Below, in pieces: positions 17,432 to 26,254 of a DNA stretch of 30,890 bases. Origin of the DNA: Planctomycetota bacterium (GTDB lineage Bacteria; Planctomycetota; UBA8108; UBA1146). The notes beneath the pieces were generated by a model. The model worked only from the letters and a program-made list of their open reading frames with translations. It was not told the origin of the DNA and made no database searches. The stretch covers positions 1 to 30,890 of the forward strand of contig JAYZBV010000081.1 of NCBI GenBank assembly GCA_036338595.1, in the 5' to 3' direction. Position 1 is the first letter of the stretch. The number at the start of each line of letters is the position of its first letter. A program made the translations under genes and the position numbers.

Positions 17432-18072
17432 CAATCGAGATTATCATCCTCATCGGTGTGAGTTTGCATTGCGAGAACCTTGTCGATCCGCTCCTCGAGT
17501 GTTGGTAACGCATATATTTCATATCGCTGTTCGATAGACATCGGAGTGATCATCATGAGCAGATCAGACAGTTGCAGAGCTGATGTTCCCTCGGGGAGTT
17601 GTACATCCTGTTTGATGGAGTGAATGGAATCCTGCAGCCAGGTCAATTGCTGTTCGGAGATGGGACCGTGTGAGTCGTCGATTTCCTTCACTCGCGCCTG
17701 GGGATAAAGTTCGTTACCGATGTGCGGCCTGATCCGCACTCGCTTCTCGCCCAGGATCATGACCAGGAAGCGACCGTCTTCGAGGGCCTGGTACTTCTGG
17801 AGACGGCCAAGGCCTGCTACAGGTTGGACAGGAGCCAACTCGGTGAGCTGTTCCTTGTCTTCGCCAAGAACCGTCCCGAGGATCACCTCGCCCGAGTTGT
17901 CGAGAAGATCGCGCATCATCTGACGGTAACGGGGCTCGAAGATGTGAAGAGGCATCACCTGCCCCGGAAACAGGATCACATCGGGAAGAGGAAATAGAGG
18001 CAAGATTCTTGCCTCCATCTGTTGATCGGCAGGGTCATGGGGTTCGTTGTCTTCACTCTCATACGGAGCCAT
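17431..18072 (-). CDS. LON peptidase substrate-binding (N-terminal) domain protein, stand-alone
   Basis: LPLFPLPDVILFPGQVMPLHIFEPRYRQM, LEDGRF..LGEKRVRI. Confidence 0.88.
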   Translation of the reverse strand: MAPYESEDNEPHDPADQQMEARILPLFPLPDVILFPGQVMPLHIFEPRYRQMMRDLLDNSGEVILGTVLGEDKEQLTELAPVQPVAGLGRLQKYQALEDGRFLVMILGEKRVRIRPHIGNELYPQARVKEIDDSHGPISEQQLTWLQDSIHSIKQDVQLPEGTSALQLSDLLMMITPMSIEQRYEIYALPTLEERIDKVLAMQTHTDEDDNLD

Positions 18073-18321
18073 AGGATCGCTTTCTTTCCTTCAGACTGGA
18101 TTCCTGCTTCCTGGAATCATCGTGCGTGCGTTATGCTGCTGATGACGACATACAGCTCAGGATAGTTCCCTGCCACTTCATGTGGAAAATTGGCGAATAG
18201 TCCGCTTGTGGGGAGGAATCTAACAGAGAAGATCCGGTGTCGCTACTTGCTTGAGTGTCCTGATTCGATCGCTCAGAAAAGCGATACAGAAACCAGAAAT
18301 CTGGAAGCCAGGAGTGTCTAG

Positions 18322-18984
18322 ATGGCGCGGCAGGAGACAGCAGATAAGGTGGTGCGGATTCTCGAGAAACTGTATCCGCATCCACCGATACCTCTCGACC
18401 ATGAAAGTGACTTTACGCTGCTGATCGCAGTGTTGCTCTCGGCCCAGACAACCGATGTCCGGGTCAACATGGTGACCCCGGAGCTATTTCGATTGGCGAG
18501 CACTCCTCAAGAGATGGCGAAGCTCGAAGTAGAGCAGATACTGGATGTGATCCGTACCTGTGGGCTAGCACCGAGCAAGGCGAAGGCGATTGGTAATCTA
18601 TCCAGAATTCTAGTCGAGCAGCATCGCTCTCAGGTACCGGAGGACTTCGAAAGTCTTGAGGCGTTGCCCGGGGTCGGGCACAAGACCGCCAGCGTCGTCA
18701 TGGCACAGGCATTCGGGGTTCCCGCATTTCCCGTCGACACTCACATCCATCGGCTAGCAGCTCGATGGGGCCTCTCCAGTGGCAAGAATGTAGAGAAGAC
18801 AGAAGTTGATCTGAAGAAGGTGTTTCCTCGGGCACTCTGGAATGACCTGCACCTGCAGATCATCTATTTCGGCCGTGAGCACTGTCCTGCCAGGGGGCAC
18901 GACCTCGCAAACTGCACCATCTGTTCGTGGGCAGCCACTGCGAAGCGGATCCGGGAAGAGGCGATGAAGAACAGACGTCGATGA
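18322..18984 (+). CDS. nth: Endonuclease III (DNA glycosylase/AP lyase)
   Basis: LLIAVLLSAQTTD, HhH motif LPGVGHKTA, FPVDTHIHR; RBS CAGGAG. Confidence 0.93.
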   Translation: MARQETADKVVRILEKLYPHPPIPLDHESDFTLLIAVLLSAQTTDVRVNMVTPELFRLASTPQEMAKLEVEQILDVIRTCGLAPSKAKAIGNLSRILVEQHRSQVPEDFESLEALPGVGHKTASVVMAQAFGVPAFPVDTHIHRLAARWGLSSGKNVEKTEVDLKKVFPRALWNDLHLQIIYFGREHCPARGHDLANCTICSWAATAKRIREEAMKNRRR

Positions 18985-19001
18985 GTTGCTCGGAGACCAG
19001 G

Positions 19002-19047
19002 TGAAATCAAAAACACCCCGGAAGGCGGCGACGCCTTCCGGGGTGTT
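19002..19047 (-). terminator. Intrinsic terminator between convergent nth and the cohesin/dockerin-like gene
   Basis: Perfect 16-bp inverted repeat AACACCCCGGAAGGCG/CGCCTTCCGGGGTGTT with a 4-nt loop; the T-run is on the minus strand. Confidence 0.85.
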
Positions 19048-19077
19048 CGTGCATGGAATTCAAAATTCTGTCAGCGT

Positions 19078-20412
19078 TTAGCAGCCGTTGTAGACTTCGC
19101 AATCTTGAGGTTCACCGGCATTCCCACAGGTTGGGAAGGGACTCGGCGGTGCCGCTCCGTTGGTGAAGATGTACGAGATCAACCAGATCGGATCCCCGAC
19201 ATCGAAGAGAGTGTCGCCATTGCAATCTTTGGAATCATTGCAGGTACCTTGCGGTCCTGAGTTGAAGATCTCTTGCAGTTCCCAGATCACATCTGCGACA
19301 TTTGGAACACCGTCTCCATTTGCATCCCCGCGGATGAAGTCAAGCACCGATTGAGGGTTCAGCACCAGAGTGCCATCGATGGTCAATGGAGGGATGCTCT
19401 CGTTGTTGGCGGTCACAACATTGAAGATTGGAGGTGTTCCGCTACTTTGCCATGACAACGGGACGGTCAAGCCGGTTTCGTTTCCGGTCAATACCGAAGG
19501 GACGGTCGAGCCCGAGATTGCAACAGCGTTCGTTTGTACGGGGAACTGGATATAGACCGGCAACTGGAAGGCGTACACCACTCCGATCGCCCATCCATTT
19601 GTGGTCAAGACCGTTTCTGCAAATGCAGGGTTAGATGCAGCGACTGCACCTGTGATTCCAGTGGAAGTCGGCGTGACATATGTCGAATCGGTGACAACAC
19701 TCATCGAGAAACCCTGGGTGTTTGTCGGGAAGGTCGGGTTGTTCTGATCTTCTGTGATCGTCAGTGTTGCGATGAAGTCAGCATCTCCATCGAGCGGGTC
19801 GTAATTCACCTGCTTCAGAGGGGCGGTGAAGGTGAAGAGGGTGGGGGGCTGCTCAAGTATCTCGATGGTCCCATCGATACTGTTCATCGGAATCGAGGTG
19901 CCTTGAACCACGGCGACACTGGAAACAGGGGGCCCGCCGAGGACATTGCAAAGCCCGATGGTGGTCACGGTTCCAGCAGGACCGTCAAGCCGGTAATTCG
20001 CTGTACCCATCTCGGTAGAGCCTGAATTCATGACTGCGCAGGAAGTGAAACAGATCACACACCCTACCGTCCAGCCGCCCGATTCGATGTTTTGCTGGAA
20101 GAAATCAGGATTACTGCCATTGCGGATCGTCTCGATTTCCGTGGACCAGTCGATGATGTAATCGAAATCCGTAGGGCTAGCCCCTGCCAGTTCGAGTGTA
20201 GTGACACTCTCGTCGTTACACACCCCGAACGAGAATCCCTGAACTCCTGTGGGAGCGCCATGAATGAGCGTCAGAGTGATCGGCGCCAGCGACCCCTGAG
20301 GAGCTGCGGCACTGGTAAAATTCATGTCGATACCGCCACCGGCCGTGGCGAGTCCTGGACAGATGAGCAGCAACGCTGTCAGCACTGCTGCCTGGATGGT
20401 TAGAATCTTCAT
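19078..20412 (-). CDS. Secreted protein with two cohesin-like domains and a C-terminal dockerin-like module
   Basis: Signal peptide MKILTIQAAVLTALLLICPGLATA after RBS GGGGAG; two repeats with QGFS..D / P.F..GW..G.V..F / G.PP..V..DGT; C-terminal FIRGDANGDGVPNVAD..DCNGDTLFDVGD..PFPTCG. Confidence 0.75.
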   Translation of the reverse strand: MKILTIQAAVLTALLLICPGLATAGGGIDMNFTSAAAPQGSLAPITLTLIHGAPTGVQGFSFGVCNDESVTTLELAGASPTDFDYIIDWSTEIETIRNGSNPDFFQQNIESGGWTVGCVICFTSCAVMNSGSTEMGTANYRLDGPAGTVTTIGLCNVLGGPPVSSVAVVQGTSIPMNSIDGTIEILEQPPTLFTFTAPLKQVNYDPLDGDADFIATLTITEDQNNPTFPTNTQGFSMSVVTDSTYVTPTSTGITGAVAASNPAFAETVLTTNGWAIGVVYAFQLPVYIQFPVQTNAVAISGSTVPSVLTGNETGLTVPLSWQSSGTPPIFNVVTANNESIPPLTIDGTLVLNPQSVLDFIRGDANGDGVPNVADVIWELQEIFNSGPQGTCNDSKDCNGDTLFDVGDPIWLISYIFTNGAAPPSPFPTCGNAGEPQDCEVYNGC

Positions 20413-20653
20413 GGCTATCGTCTCCCCCATGTTGGGTGTCTCCCGGGTATCTTCCCGGCGATCACTACCCGACCTCCCAATTCTCGTCACGACGAAGTCG
20501 GGACGATCCGTTGCATATTACCTCTTAGCCTAAATACTAGTGCCAGTCGGGGTACATAGGAAGGAAGGGATCAGGAGGTACAGGAGTGTTCTGTTGCGAT
20601 AATTGTGCTGTTTCGACACAATCTACACGGGGAGTTGTCAGGAGTTGCCTAAC

Positions 20654-22375
20654 ATGACAGATGTTGTTGAAACCGGCATGCAGGAACAGGGCAAGCCTGA
20701 CAATTTTATTGAAAAGAAGATCATCGAAGATGTCGCCTCTGGTCTCAACAAGGGCCAGGTTCAGGTTCGTTTCCCTCCCGAGCCCAACGGCTACCTTCAC
20801 ATCGGTCATGCCAAGGCGATCTGTCTCAATTTTGGGCTCGCCCGCAAGTTTGCTGGCCGCATCAATCTCCGATTCGATGACACCAATCCATCGCGCGAGG
20901 AGCAGGAGTATGTCGATTCGATTCAGGAGGATATTCGCTGGTTAGGTTTCGAGTGGGATCAACTCTGTTTTGCCAGCGACTATTTCGATCAGTTCCATGA
21001 CTGGGCGGTTCAGTTGATTGGCCAGGGAGATGCCTATGTTTGTGATCTCACGGCAGAAGAGGTGCGAGAGCACCGAGGTAGCCTGAAGGAACCTGGCCGA
21101 GACAGCCCACATCGTGATCGCACCGTTGAGGAGAACCTGCGCCTGTTTGCCCTCATGAAGGGCGGAGAGTTCGCAGACGGTTCGAAAACGCTTCGTGCAA
21201 AGGTCGACATGGCTTCACCTCACATCGTCATGAGAGATCCAGTGATGTACAGGATCCTGAGATCCACTCATCACAGAACCGGAGATGACTGGTGCATCTA
21301 TCCCACGTACGACTGGGCTCATGGCCAGGGCGATGCCATCGAAGGGGTGACTCACTCGCTTTGTAGTCTTGAGTTCACGAATCATCGACCACTCTACGAA
21401 TGGTTCCTCGACAAGATCGGGATCGAAGAAGGTCCTCGTCAGACCGAATTCGCAAGGCTCGCTCTCAGCTACACGGTGATGAGCAAGAGGAGTTTGAGGA
21501 CCCTCATCGAGGATGGTCATGTTGAAGGATGGGACGATCCCAGATTACCGACACTGTCAGGCATTCGTCGTCGTGGATATACGCCAGAATCGATTCGTTC
21601 CTTCATGAATGGGATCGGAGTGGCAAAGTTCAATTCCACCATCGAGTACTCGGTTCTTGAAAACTCCGTCAGGGATCATCTCAACAAGATTGCAACGCGC
21701 AGAATGGCTGTGTTCGATCCCCTGAAACTAGTGATCGAGAATTTTCCAGAAGATCTGCAGGAGATGGTCGAGGCTGTCAATAACCCTGAGGATTCTGAAT
21801 CAGGAACGCGTCAGTTGCCCTTCGAGCGCGAGGTCTGGGTGGAGAGAGATGATTTCCGTCTCGAGCCTCCGAGAAAGTGGCGGCGGCTGGCTCCGGGTGC
21901 GGAGGTTCGCCTGCGTTACGGTTACTGTGTGACCGTTCAGGAAGTCATCCAGAATTCAGAAACCGGTGAGGTCGAGGAGTTGAGGTGTGTCTACGATCCA
22001 GAGACCGCCCGTGGCCAGACCCCGGATGGGAGAAAGGTGCGAGGCATCATTCACTGGGTGGCCGCATCCTGCTGCATCGAGTTGCCGGTACGCCTGTATT
22101 CGCCTCTGTTCCTGGTATCAGATCCGGACCATGTACCAGACGGAAAGAACCTCTCCGATTTGATCGCTCCAGGGTCATTGGAGGAGACGACGGCCTTGTG
22201 CGAGCCCTCACTCCAGGAAGCCAATCCGGGCAATCGATTCCAGTTGGAGCGAGTCGGGTATTTCATCGCTGACCCGATCCTGTCCCGCCCGGGCGCACCC
22301 CATCTTGCCAGAATCGTCCCCCTGAGGGACTCCTGGGCCAAGCAGGAGAAGCGGCAGGCAGACCCCAGATCCTGA
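20654..22375 (+). CDS. glnS: Glutamine--tRNA ligase
   Basis: RFPPEPNGYLHIGHAK (HIGH), RFDDTNP, WCIYPTYDWAH, VMSKR, GWDDPRLPT, FQLERVGYF; RBS AGGAG before ATG 20654. Confidence 0.96.
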   Translation: MTDVVETGMQEQGKPDNFIEKKIIEDVASGLNKGQVQVRFPPEPNGYLHIGHAKAICLNFGLARKFAGRINLRFDDTNPSREEQEYVDSIQEDIRWLGFEWDQLCFASDYFDQFHDWAVQLIGQGDAYVCDLTAEEVREHRGSLKEPGRDSPHRDRTVEENLRLFALMKGGEFADGSKTLRAKVDMASPHIVMRDPVMYRILRSTHHRTGDDWCIYPTYDWAHGQGDAIEGVTHSLCSLEFTNHRPLYEWFLDKIGIEEGPRQTEFARLALSYTVMSKRSLRTLIEDGHVEGWDDPRLPTLSGIRRRGYTPESIRSFMNGIGVAKFNSTIEYSVLENSVRDHLNKIATRRMAVFDPLKLVIENFPEDLQEMVEAVNNPEDSESGTRQLPFEREVWVERDDFRLEPPRKWRRLAPGAEVRLRYGYCVTVQEVIQNSETGEVEELRCVYDPETARGQTPDGRKVRGIIHWVAASCCIELPVRLYSPLFLVSDPDHVPDGKNLSDLIAPGSLEETTALCEPSLQEANPGNRFQLERVGYFIADPILSRPGAPHLARIVPLRDSWAKQEKRQADPRS

Positions 22376-22533
22376 GTTCCTCGCTGGCAGGGTTGCTGTT
22401 GTCGGTCGCATCCTTGACCCCCCCATGCATACTTGCGATTCTGATCGATCCTGGTGGCCTGTGGTCGCCGGGATACCCCGTTTCCAGGGGGTGTATTCGG
22501 CCGCTTCGAGGTGGCCTTCTGAAAGGAACCAAC

Positions 22534-24279
22534 ATGCGCTTCAGTGCCATGGTGATTTGCTTCTTCTGCCTGCTCTCAGCTCCTGTTGTCACTGCTGCGG
22601 ATGGTGAAGGAGTCGTGCTTACCGAGACTCAGAAGAAATTGATCGACATCGGAATGGATGATAACCGTGTGGTCAGTGTTCTCGACCAGCTGGTCAACGG
22701 CATCGGGCCCAGGCTCACGGGCAGTCACCAGGATCATCTTGCCTGCGAATGGGCGAGGGATCTGTTCATCGAATTTGGACTGGAAAATGTAGTCATGGAA
22801 GAAGCGGGAGAATTCCCCGTTGCATTCCAGCGTGGCTCCTGGCGTGGTCACATGATTACACCAGAGAGAGTCGATCTTGAGTTCGGTACACCCGCCTGGT
22901 CGGCGGGAACCAAGGGCGTGCAAGAGGGCCCTGCTGTGATGTTGCCAGACAGCATCGAGAATCTGGACATGGATTCTTTGAAGGGCGCATGGGTACTGAT
23001 GCCCGCACAGCGCGGTCGTCGCGACCGCGAGGCTCGCCAGGCGCAACGTGAGGTCACCGAGAAACTGGAGACTGCTGGTATCGGCGGTTGGATTTATCCA
23101 TCTCGTGGAGAGGCGATCACGACCTACGGCAACTACCGGATTTCTTGGGATGACCTGCCTACTGTTCCGCGTATTCATCTGCGCAAGGATCAATACGATA
23201 TGATTGCCGAGAAAATTGGTGCAGATGAAGAGGTCACATTACGGATCGATGTCCGTAATCACTTTCAGCCAGGTCCAGCCAAGTACTACAACGTGATCGG
23301 TGACATCGTCGGCACCGAGTTCCCGGATGAGTACGTCATCATCGGGGGGCATATCGATTCCTGGGACGGTGCCACCGGAACCACGGACAATGGTACTGGC
23401 TCAGCGACGACCATCGAGGCGGCTCGGATGTTGATGGCTTCAGGTGCAAAGCCACGTCGCACTATTCGCTTCATGTTGTGGAGTGGTGAAGAGCAGGGTC
23501 TGCTCGGTTCCAAGGCGTGGGTGAGTGCAAATCCAGATGCTCTTGACAAGATCTCTGCGGTTTTTGTTTACGATGGTGGACCCAATGCGATTGCAGGATT
23601 GCCGGCAACGAAGGCGATGAAGGAAGACTTCGAGACAGTATTCGGGCCTGTGATGAACTTGAATCCCGATCTGCCATTCACGCTGAAGGATGTCGACGGT
23701 ATCCCCCGAGGAATCGGAAGTGACCACGAGTCATTTCTTGCCAAAGGAGTTCCTGGATTCTTCTGGACCCAGGAAGGGCGTGCCGACTGGCGTCGTGGTA
23801 TCCACACCCAGTTCGACACCTTTGACCTGGTGATCCCGGAGTATCTGGAGCACTCGACCACGGTGATCGCACTCACCGCACTGGGGGTTGGAAATCTTGA
23901 CGGATTGCTTTCCCGGGAAGGAATGGTGGAGGCTGGTGGCGGACGTCGCCGTGGCGGTGGTGGACGCCGATTGGGCGTGATGCTCGAAGAGAACACCATT
24001 GCAGAAGTGATGGCGGATTCCGCAGCAGAGAAGGCGGGAATGAAAGCCGGCGACAAGATCGTCAAGGTTGGAGATCAAGAAGTGTCGGATCGACAGACGT
24101 TGATCCGGGCGATCATGAACGGTGATCCGAAGAAAAAGGTCGTGTTCGAGCGTGAAGGGAAGCGGATGGAGGCGACCATCGATTGGCCGCAGCCAAACCG
24201 CAGGCCACAGAACCGTCCCGCTCCTGAAGAACCCAAGGAAGAGAAGAAGGAAGAAAAGAAGCGAGGAGCTGTTCGCTGA
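22534..24279 (+). CDS. Secreted M28-family (carboxypeptidase Q-like) metallopeptidase with a PA-like insert and C-terminal PDZ domain
   Basis: IGPRLTGS, GGHIDSWD, TDNGTG, WSGEEQGLLGS, SDHESF, IHTQFDTFD; PDZ signature RLGV..SAAEKAGMKAGDKIVKVG; RBS AAAGGA before ATG 22534. Confidence 0.9.
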   Translation: MRFSAMVICFFCLLSAPVVTAADGEGVVLTETQKKLIDIGMDDNRVVSVLDQLVNGIGPRLTGSHQDHLACEWARDLFIEFGLENVVMEEAGEFPVAFQRGSWRGHMITPERVDLEFGTPAWSAGTKGVQEGPAVMLPDSIENLDMDSLKGAWVLMPAQRGRRDREARQAQREVTEKLETAGIGGWIYPSRGEAITTYGNYRISWDDLPTVPRIHLRKDQYDMIAEKIGADEEVTLRIDVRNHFQPGPAKYYNVIGDIVGTEFPDEYVIIGGHIDSWDGATGTTDNGTGSATTIEAARMLMASGAKPRRTIRFMLWSGEEQGLLGSKAWVSANPDALDKISAVFVYDGGPNAIAGLPATKAMKEDFETVFGPVMNLNPDLPFTLKDVDGIPRGIGSDHESFLAKGVPGFFWTQEGRADWRRGIHTQFDTFDLVIPEYLEHSTTVIALTALGVGNLDGLLSREGMVEAGGGRRRGGGGRRLGVMLEENTIAEVMADSAAEKAGMKAGDKIVKVGDQEVSDRQTLIRAIMNGDPKKKVVFEREGKRMEATIDWPQPNRRPQNRPAPEEPKEEKKEEKKRGAVR

Positions 24280-24284
24280 AGATC

Positions 24285-25592
24285 TTGGCGGCTTTGACTT
24301 CCAGGCGTTCGGGTCGGCCGGATTGTTGCTGCCGACCCGGGCGCTTTTTCGATTTCGACAGGAGACCGGCATTTCTTCTGCCGATCTTGCTGCTGCTCGG
24401 CCACATCTGTGGCCCCGTGTTCGGACTCTCCCTCTCTGATTCGGTCCACGTTCCCAATCCTATCAACATCGAGGTCGAAGTCAGAGATGCCGAGACCGAG
24501 CTCCATTTACTTGTCGACGAGACTCTCTTCAGGCACTGGTTTTCACTCGATCCATTATTGATCCCGGAACTGGATGAAGATCTGAGTGGAGACTGGGGTC
24601 CGTTCGGTGACCGCGTCGTTGAATGGCTCGATCTTCATGCCCCCGTTCAGGTCGATGGAGTTCAGGTGATTCCTGTGATCTCCGACCTTGAATGGCAAGA
24701 AGGATTTGAGTTGAACGCTCTGTTGAACTTCATTGGGATCACGGTGACATATCCAACCAAGGCGAGACCCCAGAGGCTTGATTTCTTGTGGAGCAGATTT
24801 GATACAGAAGATGGGTTTCCATTGGAGTCTGTATTTTATGTGCTCTCCAGCATGGACGACTACCGTGTGTTCCGTTTCAGGGAAGACACAACGGGGTGGA
24901 GTTGGAGTCCTCCTGAGGCAAAAATGGTCATCGATCCGGAACTGGTGCCCCCTGGTATTCGAGTGCCCTGGTTTCATCTCGACCTGTTACCGGTACTGTT
25001 TTCAGTCATTGGTTTGATCATCGTCTGGAAATCGAGGCGCTTCACGATGCAGACAGTGTTCTCGGGAGCGTTCTGTGCGGTAGTTGCCCTGACAAGCCTG
25101 GGGAGCAGCGTGATAGAAGTCCGGCCCTTCTGGGTCTCACCGGTGCAGCTTCCTGAATCCAGTGTGGCGACGGCACTCTTCGAGACACTACACAGGAACA
25201 TCTACCGAGCATTTGACTACGAGAAAGAAGAGCAGATCTACGACCTCCTCGATCGAAGCGTTTCTGGGGAGTTGCTGCAGCAGATCTATGATGAAATTCA
25301 TGAGAGTTTACTGATGAAACTCGAGGAAGACGCAGTTTGCGACGTCAGGGCGGTGCGGACTCTCGACACACAGTTGATCAGTGATGTCGGAGCACAGGAG
25401 CCCGTGTTCCAGGTTCGATCTGAATGGGAAGTGATTGGAACCGTGAAGCACTGGGGACATGGACACTGGCGAAAGAATCTATCCAGAGCCATCTATGATG
25501 TCAGATGGATTCCGGATACCGGTTGGCGGATCGATGCCGTGGATGTGATCGATCAGAGGCGATTAGACGATGGTCAGGAGTTTGTCAAATGA
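24285..25592 (+). CDS. Hypothetical membrane protein (signal peptide, two TM helices, C-terminal domain with HWGHGH); first gene of the ABC unit
   Basis: Long ORF whose stop overlaps the next start (ATGA); TM segments LLPVLFSVIGLIIVW and VFSGAFCAVVALTSL; start codon uncertain (TTG). Confidence 0.7.
   Translation: MAALTSRRSGRPDCCCRPGRFFDFDRRPAFLLPILLLLGHICGPVFGLSLSDSVHVPNPINIEVEVRDAETELHLLVDETLFRHWFSLDPLLIPELDEDLSGDWGPFGDRVVEWLDLHAPVQVDGVQVIPVISDLEWQEGFELNALLNFIGITVTYPTKARPQRLDFLWSRFDTEDGFPLESVFYVLSSMDDYRVFRFREDTTGWSWSPPEAKMVIDPELVPPGIRVPWFHLDLLPVLFSVIGLIIVWKSRRFTMQTVFSGAFCAVVALTSLGSSVIEVRPFWVSPVQLPESSVATALFETLHRNIYRAFDYEKEEQIYDLLDRSVSGELLQQIYDEIHESLLMKLEEDAVCDVRAVRTLDTQLISDVGAQEPVFQVRSEWEVIGTVKHWGHGHWRKNLSRAIYDVRWIPDTGWRIDAVDVIDQRRLDDGQEFVK
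24305..24350 (+). terminator. Terminator-like hairpin after the M28 peptidase
   Basis: GCGTTCGGGTCGGC/GCCGACCCGGGCGC 14-bp stem (two G-U pairs) followed by TTTTTC; overlaps the start of the next ORF. Confidence 0.55.
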
Positions 25593-26254
25593 GAGGTGCC
25601 AGTGTCTGCGTAAAGGAACTGGAACATCGACACATCGTTGGACAGCATCCAGTTCGTGTTTCACATCTCGATATTGGTGCCGGAGAAAAAGTGGCCATCA
25701 CCGGTCCTTCAGGATGCGGAAAGACGACTCTCCTCTGCTGTATCGCTGGCATCCTGATGCCAACCAGTGGCGAGGTTACGGTGGATGAAAATCGAATCGA
25801 TCAACTTTCAGACTCTGCTCGTCGCAAGTTTCGCAGAGACAGCATCGGGTTGGTTTTTCAGGAGTTCGAACTGCTCGAACACATCGATGTGAGGGAAAAC
25901 GCCTACCTGCCGATGTGGCTCGACGGTAGAGAGCCAACAGAGGACGAGGAGAAGAAACTGATCGAAAGATCTCGTCGTTGTGGCATCGAGCAGTTGTTGC
26001 ATCGAAAACCACGAGCACTGTCGCAGGGCGAACGGCAGAGGGCTGCAGTATGCCGGGCGCTCATGAACTCCCCAACGCTGATCCTGGCCGATGAACCGAC
26101 CGGTAGTCTGGATAGCACCTCAGGAAGGGCAGTGCTCGATCTGCTCTTCGATGAGGCGGATCTGACCGGGGCCACCGTGGTCGTGGTCACGCACGACTCG
26201 ACCATCCTGGATGGGTTTGATCGGGTAGTGGATCTAGCGGGGGAGGTGTCATGA
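25589..26254 (+). CDS. ABC transporter ATP-binding protein, LolD/MacB-like subfamily
   Basis: Walker A GPSGCGKTT, IGLVFQEF, signature LSQGERQR, Walker B LILADEPTGSLD, VVVTHD; RBS CAGGAG and ATGA overlap. Confidence 0.93.
   Translation: MRGASVCVKELEHRHIVGQHPVRVSHLDIGAGEKVAITGPSGCGKTTLLCCIAGILMPTSGEVTVDENRIDQLSDSARRKFRRDSIGLVFQEFELLEHIDVRENAYLPMWLDGREPTEDEEKKLIERSRRCGIEQLLHRKPRALSQGERQRAAVCRALMNSPTLILADEPTGSLDSTSGRAVLDLLFDEADLTGATVVVVTHDSTILDGFDRVVDLAGEVS

Noticed and set aside
18191..18206. TGGCGAATAGTCCGCT as a sigma-54 promoter for nth
   Set aside because: GG-N10-GC spacing is present but the match to TGGCAC-N5-TTGC is poor; likely chance.
20527..20545. Minus-strand TGGCAC upstream of the cohesin-like gene as a sigma-54 site
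   Set aside because: No GC at the -12 position.
20654..22375. glnS as an unusual or horizontally acquired gene
   Set aside because: Ordinary GlnRS motifs, composition like its neighbours, no mobility signatures.
22376..22533. Small hairpins in the glnS-M28 intergenic region as a riboswitch or ncRNA; 5' extension of the ORF to 22393
   Set aside because: No recognisable riboswitch or tRNA consensus; the RBS and signal peptide support the 22534 start.
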